In this document: in pieces, positions 8,613-17,424 of the stretch
Position numbering within the stretch: position 1 is the first letter of the stretch
Layout: each line of letters opens with the position of its first letter
IMG/VR virus record: IMGVR_UViG_3300005439_000018
Location: 13,297 to 77,296 of that record
Origin: a virus
Lineage: Duplodnaviria; Caudoviricetes
DNA length: 64,000 nucleotides
Direction: 5' to 3' (one strand)
Program-made: the position numbers and the translations under genes
Notes under the pieces: generated by a model
What the model was told of the DNA's origin: nothing
Databases searched by the model: none
What the model saw: the letters and a program-made list of their open reading frames with translations, nothing else

Positions 8613-9803
8613 ATGCCCCTGCCCCCCAGCGTCGACACATTCATACTCGTGGGCCGCTATCCCGGGCTGGACGGGCAGTCGGCCACCGGCTCGGTCACCT
8701 TCACCCCCAACGTCACCCCCCTGACCGACACGGCCGACCCCGCCATGATCGTCGGCCCGGCCACCGTCCGCCTGGTGGACGGCCGGTTCTCGGCCCGCCT
8801 GCCCTACACCGACAACTCCAGCCTGTCCCCCTCGGGCTGGGCCATCGAGGTCGCCGAGTCGATCGACGGTATCTCCAACCGCGCCCCCTTCCTGATCCAG
8901 GTGGTCCGCCCCCAGGGCCCCACGGTCGACCTGGCCACGGTGGCGCCGGTGTCGCCCCCGCCTGCGGCGGTGTCGACCGTGTACGGGGTGCTGGCCCAGC
9001 CCAACACCTGGTCGGGCCTGAACAACTTCACCGGCGGCCTGGCCATCGGCGGGGTGCGTATCTCCACCCCACCGGCCAGCTCGGCCCAGTTCCTGTCCGG
9101 CGACGGCAGCTGGCGGCTCCCGCCCTCGGGCGCGGTGCTGTCGGTCAACGGCCTGCTGGGCGACGTGGTCCTGACCCCCTCGATCATCGGGGCCCTGCCC
9201 ACCAGCGCCTTCACCGCCCGGGGCAGCCTCCTGGTGGGCAGCGGGGCCAGCGCCTACGTGGTCCTGCCCAGCGGGTCGGACGGCTATGTGCTCACGTCGA
9301 GCGCGGCGGCACCGGGAGGGGTGGTGTGGGCGCCCTCGTCCGGCGGCGGGGGCGGGACCACCGTCCGGGTTAGGTTCGGGTACGTAACCAGCGGCGACCA
9401 GACGCTGAACGCGGACGCGTCCTGGTCCGCTTACCCGCTGGTCACCCTGTCGGTCCCGGCGTCGGTCGGCGATGTGGTGTCGCTGTTCGTCAAGGCAATG
9501 TGGCAGAAGGGCTCCGGCGACCAGATCGACTGGGCCACCCACACCACGGCGGGCGGCCTGGTCCACTTCGCCAGCAACGGCACCGGCACCCCCGCCGTCC
9601 AGGGCGACCCGGGCTGGTACCCGGACGGCGCGTTCCCGCGCAACGGCTCCCCGTGGACCTTCCGGGTCCAGGCCGCCGACATCGAGACCGACGGCAGCGT
9701 CCACGTGGTGCTGGCCCACCTGGGCGGAAGCGGCGGCACCTTCTTCTCCAGCACCAACTACCCGGCCGAGCTGACCATGGTCAACTGGGGACCCCAGACC
9801 TAG
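8613..9803 (+). CDS. Minor virion / tail fibre-like protein
   Basis: Ser/Gly/Thr/Val-rich and beta-rich, with VLSVNG and fibre-type GxLLVG...DGYVL segments. Confidence 0.6.
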   Translation: MPLPPSVDTFILVGRYPGLDGQSATGSVTFTPNVTPLTDTADPAMIVGPATVRLVDGRFSARLPYTDNSSLSPSGWAIEVAESIDGISNRAPFLIQVVRPQGPTVDLATVAPVSPPPAAVSTVYGVLAQPNTWSGLNNFTGGLAIGGVRISTPPASSAQFLSGDGSWRLPPSGAVLSVNGLLGDVVLTPSIIGALPTSAFTARGSLLVGSGASAYVVLPSGSDGYVLTSSAAAPGGVVWAPSSGGGGGTTVRVRFGYVTSGDQTLNADASWSAYPLVTLSVPASVGDVVSLFVKAMWQKGSGDQIDWATHTTAGGLVHFASNGTGTPAVQGDPGWYPDGAFPRNGSPWTFRVQAADIETDGSVHVVLAHLGGSGGTFFSSTNYPAELTMVNWGPQT

Positions 9804-9856
9804 GGGTTGACAAAATGGCAACTTAGGGTGTTTACTCAGTGGTGAGAGGAGGAGCC

Positions 9857-10051
9857 ATGGAAACCGCAAGCCACATGGGCATACAGCCCACCGACGGTAC
9901 CGCCCCCGCAGTCCTGGGCATGATCGGGATCTTCTTCCTGGTGTCGTACCCGTTCGTGCAGTTCTGGGTCATGGAGCGGATCGGCAGAAGGTCGGCGGAG
10001 CGGCGTCCCGCCTCCGAATCGCCCACCATGCGAGTCCGTCCCCGCCACTAG
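9857..10051 (+). CDS. Small membrane protein
   Basis: GGAGG RBS; one hydrophobic helix. Confidence 0.55.
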   Translation: METASHMGIQPTDGTAPAVLGMIGIFFLVSYPFVQFWVMERIGRRSAERRPASESPTMRVRPRH

Positions 10052-10060
10052 AAGGTCGAG

Positions 10061-10399
10061 TTGCTCTACAACAGCCTGATCGCCCTGTCCACCGCCGCCG
10101 CCGCAACCGGCGCCTTCGTCTGGTCGGTGGTCCACTTCGCCCACCACGAGGACGCCTACTACGGCGGGTGGCTCATCGTGTCCGGGTCGGCGTGGTTCCT
10201 GGCCCTGGCGTTCGCCGCCAGCGTCCTGTTCCATGCCGGTCGGGCGGCTGCCGCCCGGCAGCCCGTCGCGGCCCCCGCACCCGCCCAGGTCCTGGCCTGG
10301 CCGCAGCGCGAGGCCCCCGCCGGTTACGTCCCCATGTCCCAGCGCCCCGACCCGGTCACCCGGATCGACCTGGAGAAGTGGACCCCCCCGGTCGTCTGA
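10061..10399 (+). CDS. Two-TM membrane protein
   Basis: Two hydrophobic helices. Confidence 0.55.
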   Translation: MLYNSLIALSTAAAATGAFVWSVVHFAHHEDAYYGGWLIVSGSAWFLALAFAASVLFHAGRAAAARQPVAAPAPAQVLAWPQREAPAGYVPMSQRPDPVTRIDLEKWTPPVV

Positions 10400-10479
10400 A
10401 CTGGCTTGCCCCCCGGGAAAACCGGGGGGTAAGCTGTATCCGGCCGGGGGAGACCGGCCGCGACGAGGGGACATCGATT

Positions 10480-12726
10480 GTGAGCATAGGACCCGTGAGG
10501 GTCGGCAGCGTGTGGCTGCCCGACCTGCCCCCGGGCGTCCAGGTGGCATTCGACACCGAGACCTTCGGGCTGTATCCCGACGGCGACCCGGGCGGCGACA
10601 GCGGCGACCCGGGCAGCCCCCCTTCCTGGATCAGCGCCGCGAGCATCGCCTACCGCGACCCGGACACCGGCCACATCGCCAGCCACGCCTGGGGGTTCGA
10701 TCAGGGCCCCTGCCCGGACAAGCCCGGACGGGTGCGCAGGCCCCGGGAGGGGGGTGGCGTGGAGCAGTTCGATCCTGCCAAGATGTTGGCCACCCTGGCC
10801 AAGTACGGGTACGGGTCGCGCGAATTCACCGGCGCCGACTTCCAGTACGAGATGAATAAGAAGGGCACCAAGGTCCGGAAGACCACGGTGACCAACGTGC
10901 AGCGCTGGGTGCCCTGGACCTGGCAGGAAGCGTACCGGTCCGAGAGCCTGGAGTCCTGGCTCAACCTGGTCCGGTGGCTGCGGGACCGTCCTCAGCTGGT
11001 GATGCACAACGCCAAGTTCGACATGACCACCACCCGGCTCGGGCTGCGCCCCGAGGTGGTCGCCCGGAACATCGCGGCCGACCCGGAGCTGTATCTCGGC
11101 ATCGACCCGGGCGACCCGGCCCGGTTCAGCCTGGACCTGGACCGGCTGGCCGACGGCACCCTGCGCCCCGTCCGGGGCGTATGGGACACCATGCTGGTCC
11201 AGTCATTCTTCGACCCCAGGCACCCGGTGGCCCTGAAGAAGACCGGCAAGCGCCTGTGGGGCGACCGGTCGGAGGCGGAGCAGCAGACGCTGCTGGACGC
11301 CATGAAGCGCCAGGGCGTCGGCCTGACCAAGCGGTACGACCTGACCCCGTGGCCGGTCATGGAGCCGTACGCCGCCAAGGATACGGTCCTGACGCTGCTG
11401 CTGGAGGAGCACCAGCGGGCCCGCATCGCCTCCGGCGACCACCCGCCGTGCCTGTGGGAGCAGATCGACAAGGAGTTCGGCCTCATGCGGGTGCTGTACC
11501 GCATGGAGGGCAGGGGGGTGGCGTACGACGTCGCGGGTTCGGAGTCCGGGGCGCGGCTGCTGCGGGAGTCGATGTCCGGGATCGAGGCCCGGCTGCCGTT
11601 CGACCCCAGCAAGCTGGCCTCGGTCAAGCAGTTCTACTTCGCCCCCGAGTACGAGGGCGGGCTGGGCATCGTCCCGCTGAAGACCACTGAGAAGACCGGC
11701 CAGCCGTGCCTGGACGAGGCCCAGGTGCGCATCCTGGTCAACCAGGGGCGGCCCTGGGCGGCCGAGTACGACGAGTGGTCCCACTGCCGCAGCGCACTGG
11801 GCAAGTGGTATGACGGGTGGGCCAAGCGGACCGGCGCCGACGGCCGGTTGCGGACGGTGTTCAAGCAGTGCGTCGTGGCCGAGGAGCGCGCGGGTGCCCG
11901 TACCGGCGGCACCATCAGCGGGCGGCTGGCCGTGGGCCGGGTCCAGCTCCAGGCGATCCCCCACAACCACCAGCTGCCCGAGCCCGTACGGCACCTGCCC
12001 GTACGGTCGCTGATCGGGGCCCGGCCGGGGCACTGCCTGTACGAGATGGACCTGCCGCAGGGAGAGGTGCGGATCGCCACGGTGGTGGTCAACTGCTCGG
12101 CGATGTGGGACGTCATCGACTCGGGCGCCGACCTGCACGGGGAGAACGCCAAGCGCATCTTCGGGATCGGCGAGGACGACGAGCGCTACGAGGCGTACCG
12201 GGGCGTGGCCAAGCGCATCGTGTTCGGCACGCTGTACGGCGCCGGGGTCCGCACCCTGCGCCAGCAGATCCTGGAGTTCACCGGCCTGGACTACAGCGAG
12301 GACGAGACGCGCGAGGCCAAGCAGGCATTCGAGCGTACGTTCCCGGAGTTCCCCCGGGTGGCCCGCCAGATCCAGCGCAAGGCCGACCGGGCGCTGGGCG
12401 GCCCCGGCTACGTGCGGCTGATCGACGGGCGGCGGCGGTGGTTCGGCCCCGAGGAGTACAGCCACAAGGCGTTCAACGCGGTGATCCAGGGCGGCCTGGC
12501 CCAGACCGGCAAGACCTGGATGATCGAGGTCGAGCAGCAGCTGCCCGGCATCCAGGTACTGGCCATCCACGACTCGATCGTGGTCGAGGTCCCCGACAGC
12601 GACTACGGGGAGCACCTGGCCCGCCAGGTCGCCGCGATCGGCAAGGAGGTCTACGAGCGCGATTACGGCGTCCGTGGCCGCACCATGTATTTCGACATCG
12701 TCCCCAAGCGCTGGGGCCATAAGTGA
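10480..12726 (+). CDS. Family A DNA polymerase with 3'-5' exonuclease
   Basis: Exo motifs FDTET, HNAKFD, YAAKD; pol motifs MDLPQGEVR, AKRIVFGTLYG, IHDS. Start chosen at GTG 10480. Confidence 0.93.
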   Translation: MSIGPVRVGSVWLPDLPPGVQVAFDTETFGLYPDGDPGGDSGDPGSPPSWISAASIAYRDPDTGHIASHAWGFDQGPCPDKPGRVRRPREGGGVEQFDPAKMLATLAKYGYGSREFTGADFQYEMNKKGTKVRKTTVTNVQRWVPWTWQEAYRSESLESWLNLVRWLRDRPQLVMHNAKFDMTTTRLGLRPEVVARNIAADPELYLGIDPGDPARFSLDLDRLADGTLRPVRGVWDTMLVQSFFDPRHPVALKKTGKRLWGDRSEAEQQTLLDAMKRQGVGLTKRYDLTPWPVMEPYAAKDTVLTLLLEEHQRARIASGDHPPCLWEQIDKEFGLMRVLYRMEGRGVAYDVAGSESGARLLRESMSGIEARLPFDPSKLASVKQFYFAPEYEGGLGIVPLKTTEKTGQPCLDEAQVRILVNQGRPWAAEYDEWSHCRSALGKWYDGWAKRTGADGRLRTVFKQCVVAEERAGARTGGTISGRLAVGRVQLQAIPHNHQLPEPVRHLPVRSLIGARPGHCLYEMDLPQGEVRIATVVVNCSAMWDVIDSGADLHGENAKRIFGIGEDDERYEAYRGVAKRIVFGTLYGAGVRTLRQQILEFTGLDYSEDETREAKQAFERTFPEFPRVARQIQRKADRALGGPGYVRLIDGRRRWFGPEEYSHKAFNAVIQGGLAQTGKTWMIEVEQQLPGIQVLAIHDSIVVEVPDSDYGEHLARQVAAIGKEVYERDYGVRGRTMYFDIVPKRWGHK

Positions 12727-12980
12727 AGGGGGGCGCCATGGGCGCCTATCAGGAGATGAAGCACGCCATCCAGGGCGGGGTGGACGAGGGTATCGCTCAG
12801 TCCCTCGGGGAGGGCGAGAGCCACAAGATCACCGACGCGGTGGCCGTCGAGCTGCTGTGCGTCAGCCCCAGCAACGAGCAGATGGGCTGGCTGATCTTCG
12901 GGGGCGAGGTCCGTGCCGTCCGCAAGGTCGGCAACATCGCCCCCGACATCTGGCACGTCCACACCCGGAAGGACAACTGA
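12723..12980 (+). CDS. Tandem paralog 1 (about 85 aa)
   Basis: Shares the helical N-half and GWL..G.V motif with the next four ORFs. Confidence 0.7.
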   Translation: MKGGAMGAYQEMKHAIQGGVDEGIAQSLGEGESHKITDAVAVELLCVSPSNEQMGWLIFGGEVRAVRKVGNIAPDIWHVHTRKDN

Positions 12981-13237
12981 TGGCCGACGCCAGGGAGGAG
13001 ATGCGGGACGCGATCCGGCGCGGGCTGCGGGACGCCAGCGCGATCGGCGACCCCGACCAGATCGAAGACTACGTCGACAGCGTCATGGCCCAGCTCATGG
13101 AGACGCGACGCGACGAGCTCGGATGGCTGGTCCTGGGCAATCTGGAGCACGTGTACCGGGTCGAGCAGGCCAGCATGACCGACGCCACGTGGGCCGACTA
13201 CAGCCGGTGGGCCGTCAGAACCCGGCACGACCAGTGA
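12980..13237 (+). CDS. Tandem paralog 2
   Basis: SAIGDPD...GWLVLG; translationally coupled. Confidence 0.7.
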   Translation: MADAREEMRDAIRRGLRDASAIGDPDQIEDYVDSVMAQLMETRRDELGWLVLGNLEHVYRVEQASMTDATWADYSRWAVRTRHDQ

Positions 13238-13491
13238 GCGCCCGCGACGAGATCCTCGAGGGTCTGCGCGAGCACCTGAGCACCTCGACCACGTACGACG
13301 GTCCCGAGTTCTACGCCGAGACCGTGGTCGAGTACCTGGAGACGCTGGCCCGGACCGGCGGCTACCTGATCATGAACGGCCACATCCGCACGGTGTTGCA
13401 GGCTGACGTGTTCGGGCCCAGCAGCTGGGAGATCACGACCGAGACCTGTGGCGGCGACCAGGACCGATGGAAGAGGAGCTACTACTCATGA
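13234..13491 (+). CDS. Tandem paralog 3
   Basis: ARDEI...GGYLIMNGHIRTV; coupled. Confidence 0.7.
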   Translation: MSARDEILEGLREHLSTSTTYDGPEFYAETVVEYLETLARTGGYLIMNGHIRTVLQADVFGPSSWEITTETCGGDQDRWKRSYYS

Positions 13492-13754
13492 GCGACGCAC
13501 GGGAGCAGTTCGAGGCGCGGCTGCGGGGGCTGCTGGGCACCGCGCCCCGCAAGCTGATCGAGGTGGAGAGCTTCGTGCAGCACCTGGCCGACGGCCTGCT
13601 GGCCGAGGATCCGGGCGACCACCGCTACGGCTGGCTGATCGCCTACGGCAAGGTGCGGCCGGTCACCGAGACCGAGTTCATGGACAGCGACGGCGGCGGC
13701 GGGCGGACCTGGACGGTCTGGACCACCGGCGAGGTCGAGGAGGACGACGAGTGA
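13488..13754 (+). CDS. Tandem paralog 4
   Basis: DAREQF...GWLIAYGKVRPV; coupled. Confidence 0.7.
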   Translation: MSDAREQFEARLRGLLGTAPRKLIEVESFVQHLADGLLAEDPGDHRYGWLIAYGKVRPVTETEFMDSDGGGGRTWTVWTTGEVEEDDE

Positions 13755-14017
13755 ACCGCGACAGCGGCAGGACCCTACCCCCGCTGGCCGCCCTGGTGCG
13801 GCGGGCACTGGTGGGAGAGAGCGCGATCGGTGACCCCGACGACCTGGACCGGCTGGCGGAGGGGGTGGTGTCCGCCCTGATGGAGGTCACCTCCGAGCAC
13901 GCTGGATGGCTGCTGGACGGCCGGACCGAGCAGGCCGTGCGGGTGGTCAGCGCCGACCGGGTTGACACCGGGTACTACGAGAGCTGGGACGTGATCGCTG
14001 ACGGGAGCATGCGGTGA
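13751..14017 (+). CDS. Tandem paralog 5
   Basis: SAIGDPD...GWLLDG; coupled. Confidence 0.7.
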   Translation: MNRDSGRTLPPLAALVRRALVGESAIGDPDDLDRLAEGVVSALMEVTSEHAGWLLDGRTEQAVRVVSADRVDTGYYESWDVIADGSMR

Positions 14018-14229
14018 CTGCGGAGTGGGTGGCGTGGTCGGTGTCCGGCGGATACTTCGCCGGGTGGGGGTACGTGCTGGCGCTGGCCAACGACCACGGG
14101 TCGGACGGCTGGGGGGACACGGTGCTCAACCTGGCGCTGGCTACGCTGTGGCCGCTGCTGGCGCTGGCGCGCGGGGCGCTGGGGGTGCACGACTGGATGC
14201 GGTCGCCCTACCGCAGGTGGAACCGGTGA
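14014..14229 (+). CDS. Small membrane protein
   Basis: Coupled start; hydrophobic and Trp-rich. Confidence 0.55.
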   Translation: MTAEWVAWSVSGGYFAGWGYVLALANDHGSDGWGDTVLNLALATLWPLLALARGALGVHDWMRSPYRRWNR

Positions 14230-14420
14230 CCGGGGTCCAGGTGACCTCGTCGCCCCTCGGCGGCGGGGTGCGGTTGCAGGTCGACGCCGAGGGCGTCCAG
14301 GTGTGCCTCGACCTGGACACGGTCGAGGCCCTGGCCCTGATAGGTAAGATCGCCGAGCGGGCGGGGGAGGTGGTGCAGGCGACCGAGCGGCAGCTCCAGT
14401 CGTGGGTCCGCAGCGGGTGA
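14226..14420 (+). CDS. Hypothetical protein
   Basis: GTGA overlap. Confidence 0.5.
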   Translation: MTGVQVTSSPLGGGVRLQVDAEGVQVCLDLDTVEALALIGKIAERAGEVVQATERQLQSWVRSG

Positions 14421-14442
14421 ACCCGACTGATACCCTTGGCGC

Positions 14443-14943
14443 GTGGCCATAGACTGGAGCACCGATCTGTTCTGGAGCATCGACCCCGGTGAATCGAAGT
14501 GTGGTGTTGCCATCTTCCACCGGGGCCGGTGCGTGCAGGCGTTGCAGAGCACGCCCGACGTGTGCCTGGACAAGCTGTGGGAGCACCTGGGCTTCGGGGC
14601 GCCGGTAGCGCGCCCCGCCGGTCTGGTCATCGAGCGGTTCGCCCTGAGGCCCGACCTGGCCCACCAGCAGACGGGCTCGGAGATGGGGACCAGCCAGATG
14701 ATCGGGGCCGTACGCTGGATGGCCCGCCACCGCAGTACCCCGCTGGTGGTGCAGACCCCCTCCCAGGCCCACAGCCTGGAGAAGTCGGCCGCGTGGAAGG
14801 ACCGCCCCCTGCGCTGGTGGGCCAGCTACGGGCACGGGCGCGACGCCAAGATGGCCGAGCTGCACGGATACTTCCGCATCTCGACCTCGATGAGCGGCGC
14901 GTCCGAACGTGCACGTTGGCTGGCCGCCCTTGGCACGGAGTGA
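14443..14943 (+). CDS. RuvC-like Holliday junction resolvase
   Basis: SIDPG...GVA, VIERF, IGAV, HGRDA. Confidence 0.75.
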   Translation: MAIDWSTDLFWSIDPGESKCGVAIFHRGRCVQALQSTPDVCLDKLWEHLGFGAPVARPAGLVIERFALRPDLAHQQTGSEMGTSQMIGAVRWMARHRSTPLVVQTPSQAHSLEKSAAWKDRPLRWWASYGHGRDAKMAELHGYFRISTSMSGASERARWLAALGTE

Positions 14944-14965
14944 AGCCCGGGAGTAGGGTACGGGT

Positions 14966-15478
14966 ATGGCAGAAAAACCCGTACTGGCGTGGCTGGCCGC
15001 GCTGATCGACGGTGAGGGGTCCGTGATGCTGAACAAGCGGACCTACTCGGGCAATACTGCCTCGACCATGGAGCGCGGGGGCATCCATTACCGGGCCGTG
15101 GTGGTGGTGGCGTGCAACACGGACTACAGGCTGATGGAGGCCATCGGCGACCGGATGGGCGTCGGCCAGATCTACCAGCACCGGATCAACGGGGACCCGA
15201 GAACCCCGCGCAAGCGGGCGCAGTGGACGTACAGGCTTAACGCCGGACAGATCAGGGAGTGGCTTCCCGAGATCCGTCCGTGGCTGGTTCTCAAAGGAGA
15301 ACAGGCCGACCTGCTCATGGAGTCGCTGGACATCAAGACCCAGCTGACACCGGGCAACGCGGGTTTCCTACCGGCGAACCGGCCGCCTCTGCTGGAGCGG
15401 CTCGACGCCATCTACACCGAGATTCGCCGCCTGAACACCAGGGGGCGCGAGACACAGGAAGCGGGTGATGCCAAGTGA
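14966..15478 (+). CDS. Free-standing single-motif LAGLIDADG homing endonuclease
   Basis: LAWLAALIDGEGSV motif; PWLVLKGEQA...L typical of the family; atypical codon usage. Confidence 0.85.
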   Translation: MAEKPVLAWLAALIDGEGSVMLNKRTYSGNTASTMERGGIHYRAVVVVACNTDYRLMEAIGDRMGVGQIYQHRINGDPRTPRKRAQWTYRLNAGQIREWLPEIRPWLVLKGEQADLLMESLDIKTQLTPGNAGFLPANRPPLLERLDAIYTEIRRLNTRGRETQEAGDAK

Positions 15479-16603
15479 GCGGGAAGGTCTACGTTGTTGT
15501 GGGTGGACAGTACGGCTCCGAATTACGAGGGCAAGGGAGCTGTGGCAGGTAGAATCTGCCGAGACCTGGCCGAGCGCGGGCAGCAGGTGATCGGGGTCCG
15601 GATCGGCGGGCCCAACGCGGGGCACACGGTGCTGGGCCGCTGCCCGGCCGACTGCGGCGACGCGGGCGCCCACGGCGCCGGGCCCCGTCCGGCCCACCCG
15701 TGGCGGCTGCGGCAGGTCCCGGTGTCGGTGGTGACGGCGCCGGGGTCGTGGGCCGTGATCGCGGCCGGGTCCGAGGTCGACCAGCGGGTGCTGGAGCGGG
15801 AGATCGTCGAGCTGGACAGCGCCGGGTACAACGCCTCCGGGCGTCTGGCCGTCGACCGGTCGGCGACCATCCTGCACGACGGGAACATCCTGGAGGAGCA
15901 GGCTCTGGAGCTCCAGGCCAGCATCGGCTCGACGGCCAAGGGCATCGGGTCGGCGCGGGCCGCCCGCATCTGGCGGATGGCCAGCACCTGGGGCCAGGCC
16001 ACCGGCGGCGGGTGGGACACGGCGGCCGAGCTGCGGGCCCGGCTGTATGAGGACGACGTGGCCGTGGTCGTCGAGGGCACCCAGGGGTACGGGCTGGGGC
16101 TGCACACCGAGAACTACCCCCGGGTCACCAGCGGCGACTGCCGGGCCGTGGACTTCCTGGCCCAGGCCGGGGTCAGCCCCTGGCAGCAGGGGGTCGGCCT
16201 GCGGGTGCTGGTCTGCCTGCGCCCCTACCCGATACGGGTCGCGGGCAACAGCGGGCCGATGAAGGACGAGACCACCTGGGAGGCGCTGGGGCTGCCCGCC
16301 GAGCACACCACCGTCACCCAGAAGGTCCGGCGGGTCGGCGCCTGGGATCCCGAGCTCGCCCGGGCCGCGATGCTGGCCAACGGGGGCCCGAGCAGGGGGG
16401 TGGTGTGGGCCGCGCTGACCATGATGGACAGCGTCGACCCGGAGCTGGCCGGGGCCGACGGGCACGTTCCGGCGTGGTCCGAGTCGACCGCCCCCAAGTG
16501 CACCCGGGACTACCTGCACTCGTTCGGCTGGAACGCCGGGCACCTGGCCTACGTCGGCACCGGCCCCGACACCGCGCTCGTGAACGAGAGGATCTACCGC
16601 TGA
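15475..16603 (+). CDS. purZ: PurZ/PurZ0-family adenylosuccinate synthetase homolog with a 7-nt coding gap at 15523-15529
   Basis: GTG at 15475 gives MSGKVYVVVGGQYGSE; the +1 frame continues GKG...GGPNAGHT...EGTQGYGL...YPRVTS...RVAGNSGP...TTVTQKVRRVG. Ser replaces the PurA catalytic Asp (GSEGKG versus GDEGKG). Confidence 0.85.
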
Positions 16604-17064
16604 TGACCGACCAGACCAGCACCAGCCCGTACCCGGACGGCGGCGGCCCCGAGGGCCTGGGCGGACCGGCCGGAAGAGGGGCCGTGACGCCGGACCAGCT
16701 GACGATGGGCGACCCGTACGTGGTGGCTGAGAACCCGCTCCCGGGCCCGGCCCTGCCGCCGGGATTCGCCGAGTGGGCCGACCGCTGGTTCGCCCGGGTG
16801 ATACCGGAGACCCAGCGCAAGGCCGCCGAGTACGGCAGCAACAGCCTGAGCAAGAAGGGGTGGCGGCTGGCCCAGGTCCAGGGGCGCCTGGTTGACGGCC
16901 CGGGGGCGCTGCGGCTGGGCGTGGCGCAGTACGCGGTCGAGAAGGCCGACCGGGCCGAGGACGCGATGCTGCGGGGCACTGAGGCCAGCGCCGACACCTG
17001 GTCGGACCTCGCGGTCTACGCCCTGATGCACCTGTACATCTCCGACACCGGGGTGTGGCCGTGA
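16603..17064 (+). CDS. All-alpha NTP-pyrophosphatase-like protein (Nmad1/DUF1599-like)
   Basis: RKAAEYG...EKADR...DTWSDLAVYALM pattern; coupled to purZ. Confidence 0.55.
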   Translation: MTDQTSTSPYPDGGGPEGLGGPAGRGAVTPDQLTMGDPYVVAENPLPGPALPPGFAEWADRWFARVIPETQRKAAEYGSNSLSKKGWRLAQVQGRLVDGPGALRLGVAQYAVEKADRAEDAMLRGTEASADTWSDLAVYALMHLYISDTGVWP

Positions 17065-17100
17065 CCCTGGCGCACCGCGCGCCCGTGGAGCTCTAGCTCC

Positions 17101-17424
17101 GTGGCGCGCAAGACGGGCGGGAATCCGGCAGCCCACCGGGTCCGGATCCCGCCCACCCCCGGTACCCAGCTGTCCACCGGGCTGCACTGGCTGGCCCTGT
17201 CCAGCCGGGGGCGGCTGTCCAACGACGTGATCGCGGCGGCGATCCGGCACCAGCACGAGCGCGACACCGACCCGTCGGTGCTGATCGCGGCGGCGGTGCA
17301 GTACCTGGTGTCCGGGTGCGACTCCGCCGAGGACCGCGTCAACCGGTATTGGCACATAGCCGACCAGGTGTCGGCCCGCGCGAGGGCGCGGTATCTCAAC
17401 ATCGAAGAGGGTGAGCTCATATGA
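17101..17424 (+). CDS. Hypothetical protein
   Basis: GGAG RBS; phage-like codons. Confidence 0.6.
   Translation: MARKTGGNPAAHRVRIPPTPGTQLSTGLHWLALSSRGRLSNDVIAAAIRHQHERDTDPSVLIAAAVQYLVSGCDSAEDRVNRYWHIADQVSARARARYLNIEEGELI

Noticed and set aside
10700-10940. Intein in the DNA polymerase insert
   Set aside because: It has no N-terminal Cys/Ser block A or C-terminal HN-C/S/T, and it is too short.
14943-15530. Group I intron or intein carrying the LAGLIDADG inside purZ
   Set aside because: The purZ N-terminal codons lie downstream of the nuclease, only about 22 nt separate it from the resolvase gene, and there are no intron core or intein splice motifs. It is free-standing.
15494-15530. TTG start giving MLWVDSTAPNYEGKG as the real purZ N-terminus
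   Set aside because: It lacks the first beta strand and the GQYGS loop, which are encoded intact in the neighbouring frame from GTG 15475.
17061-17101. Possible third recoding site (GTG...CTC TAG CTC C GTG)
   Set aside because: The downstream ORF has its own GGAG RBS and GTG at 17101, and the repeated CTC is in the wrong frame to join the two.
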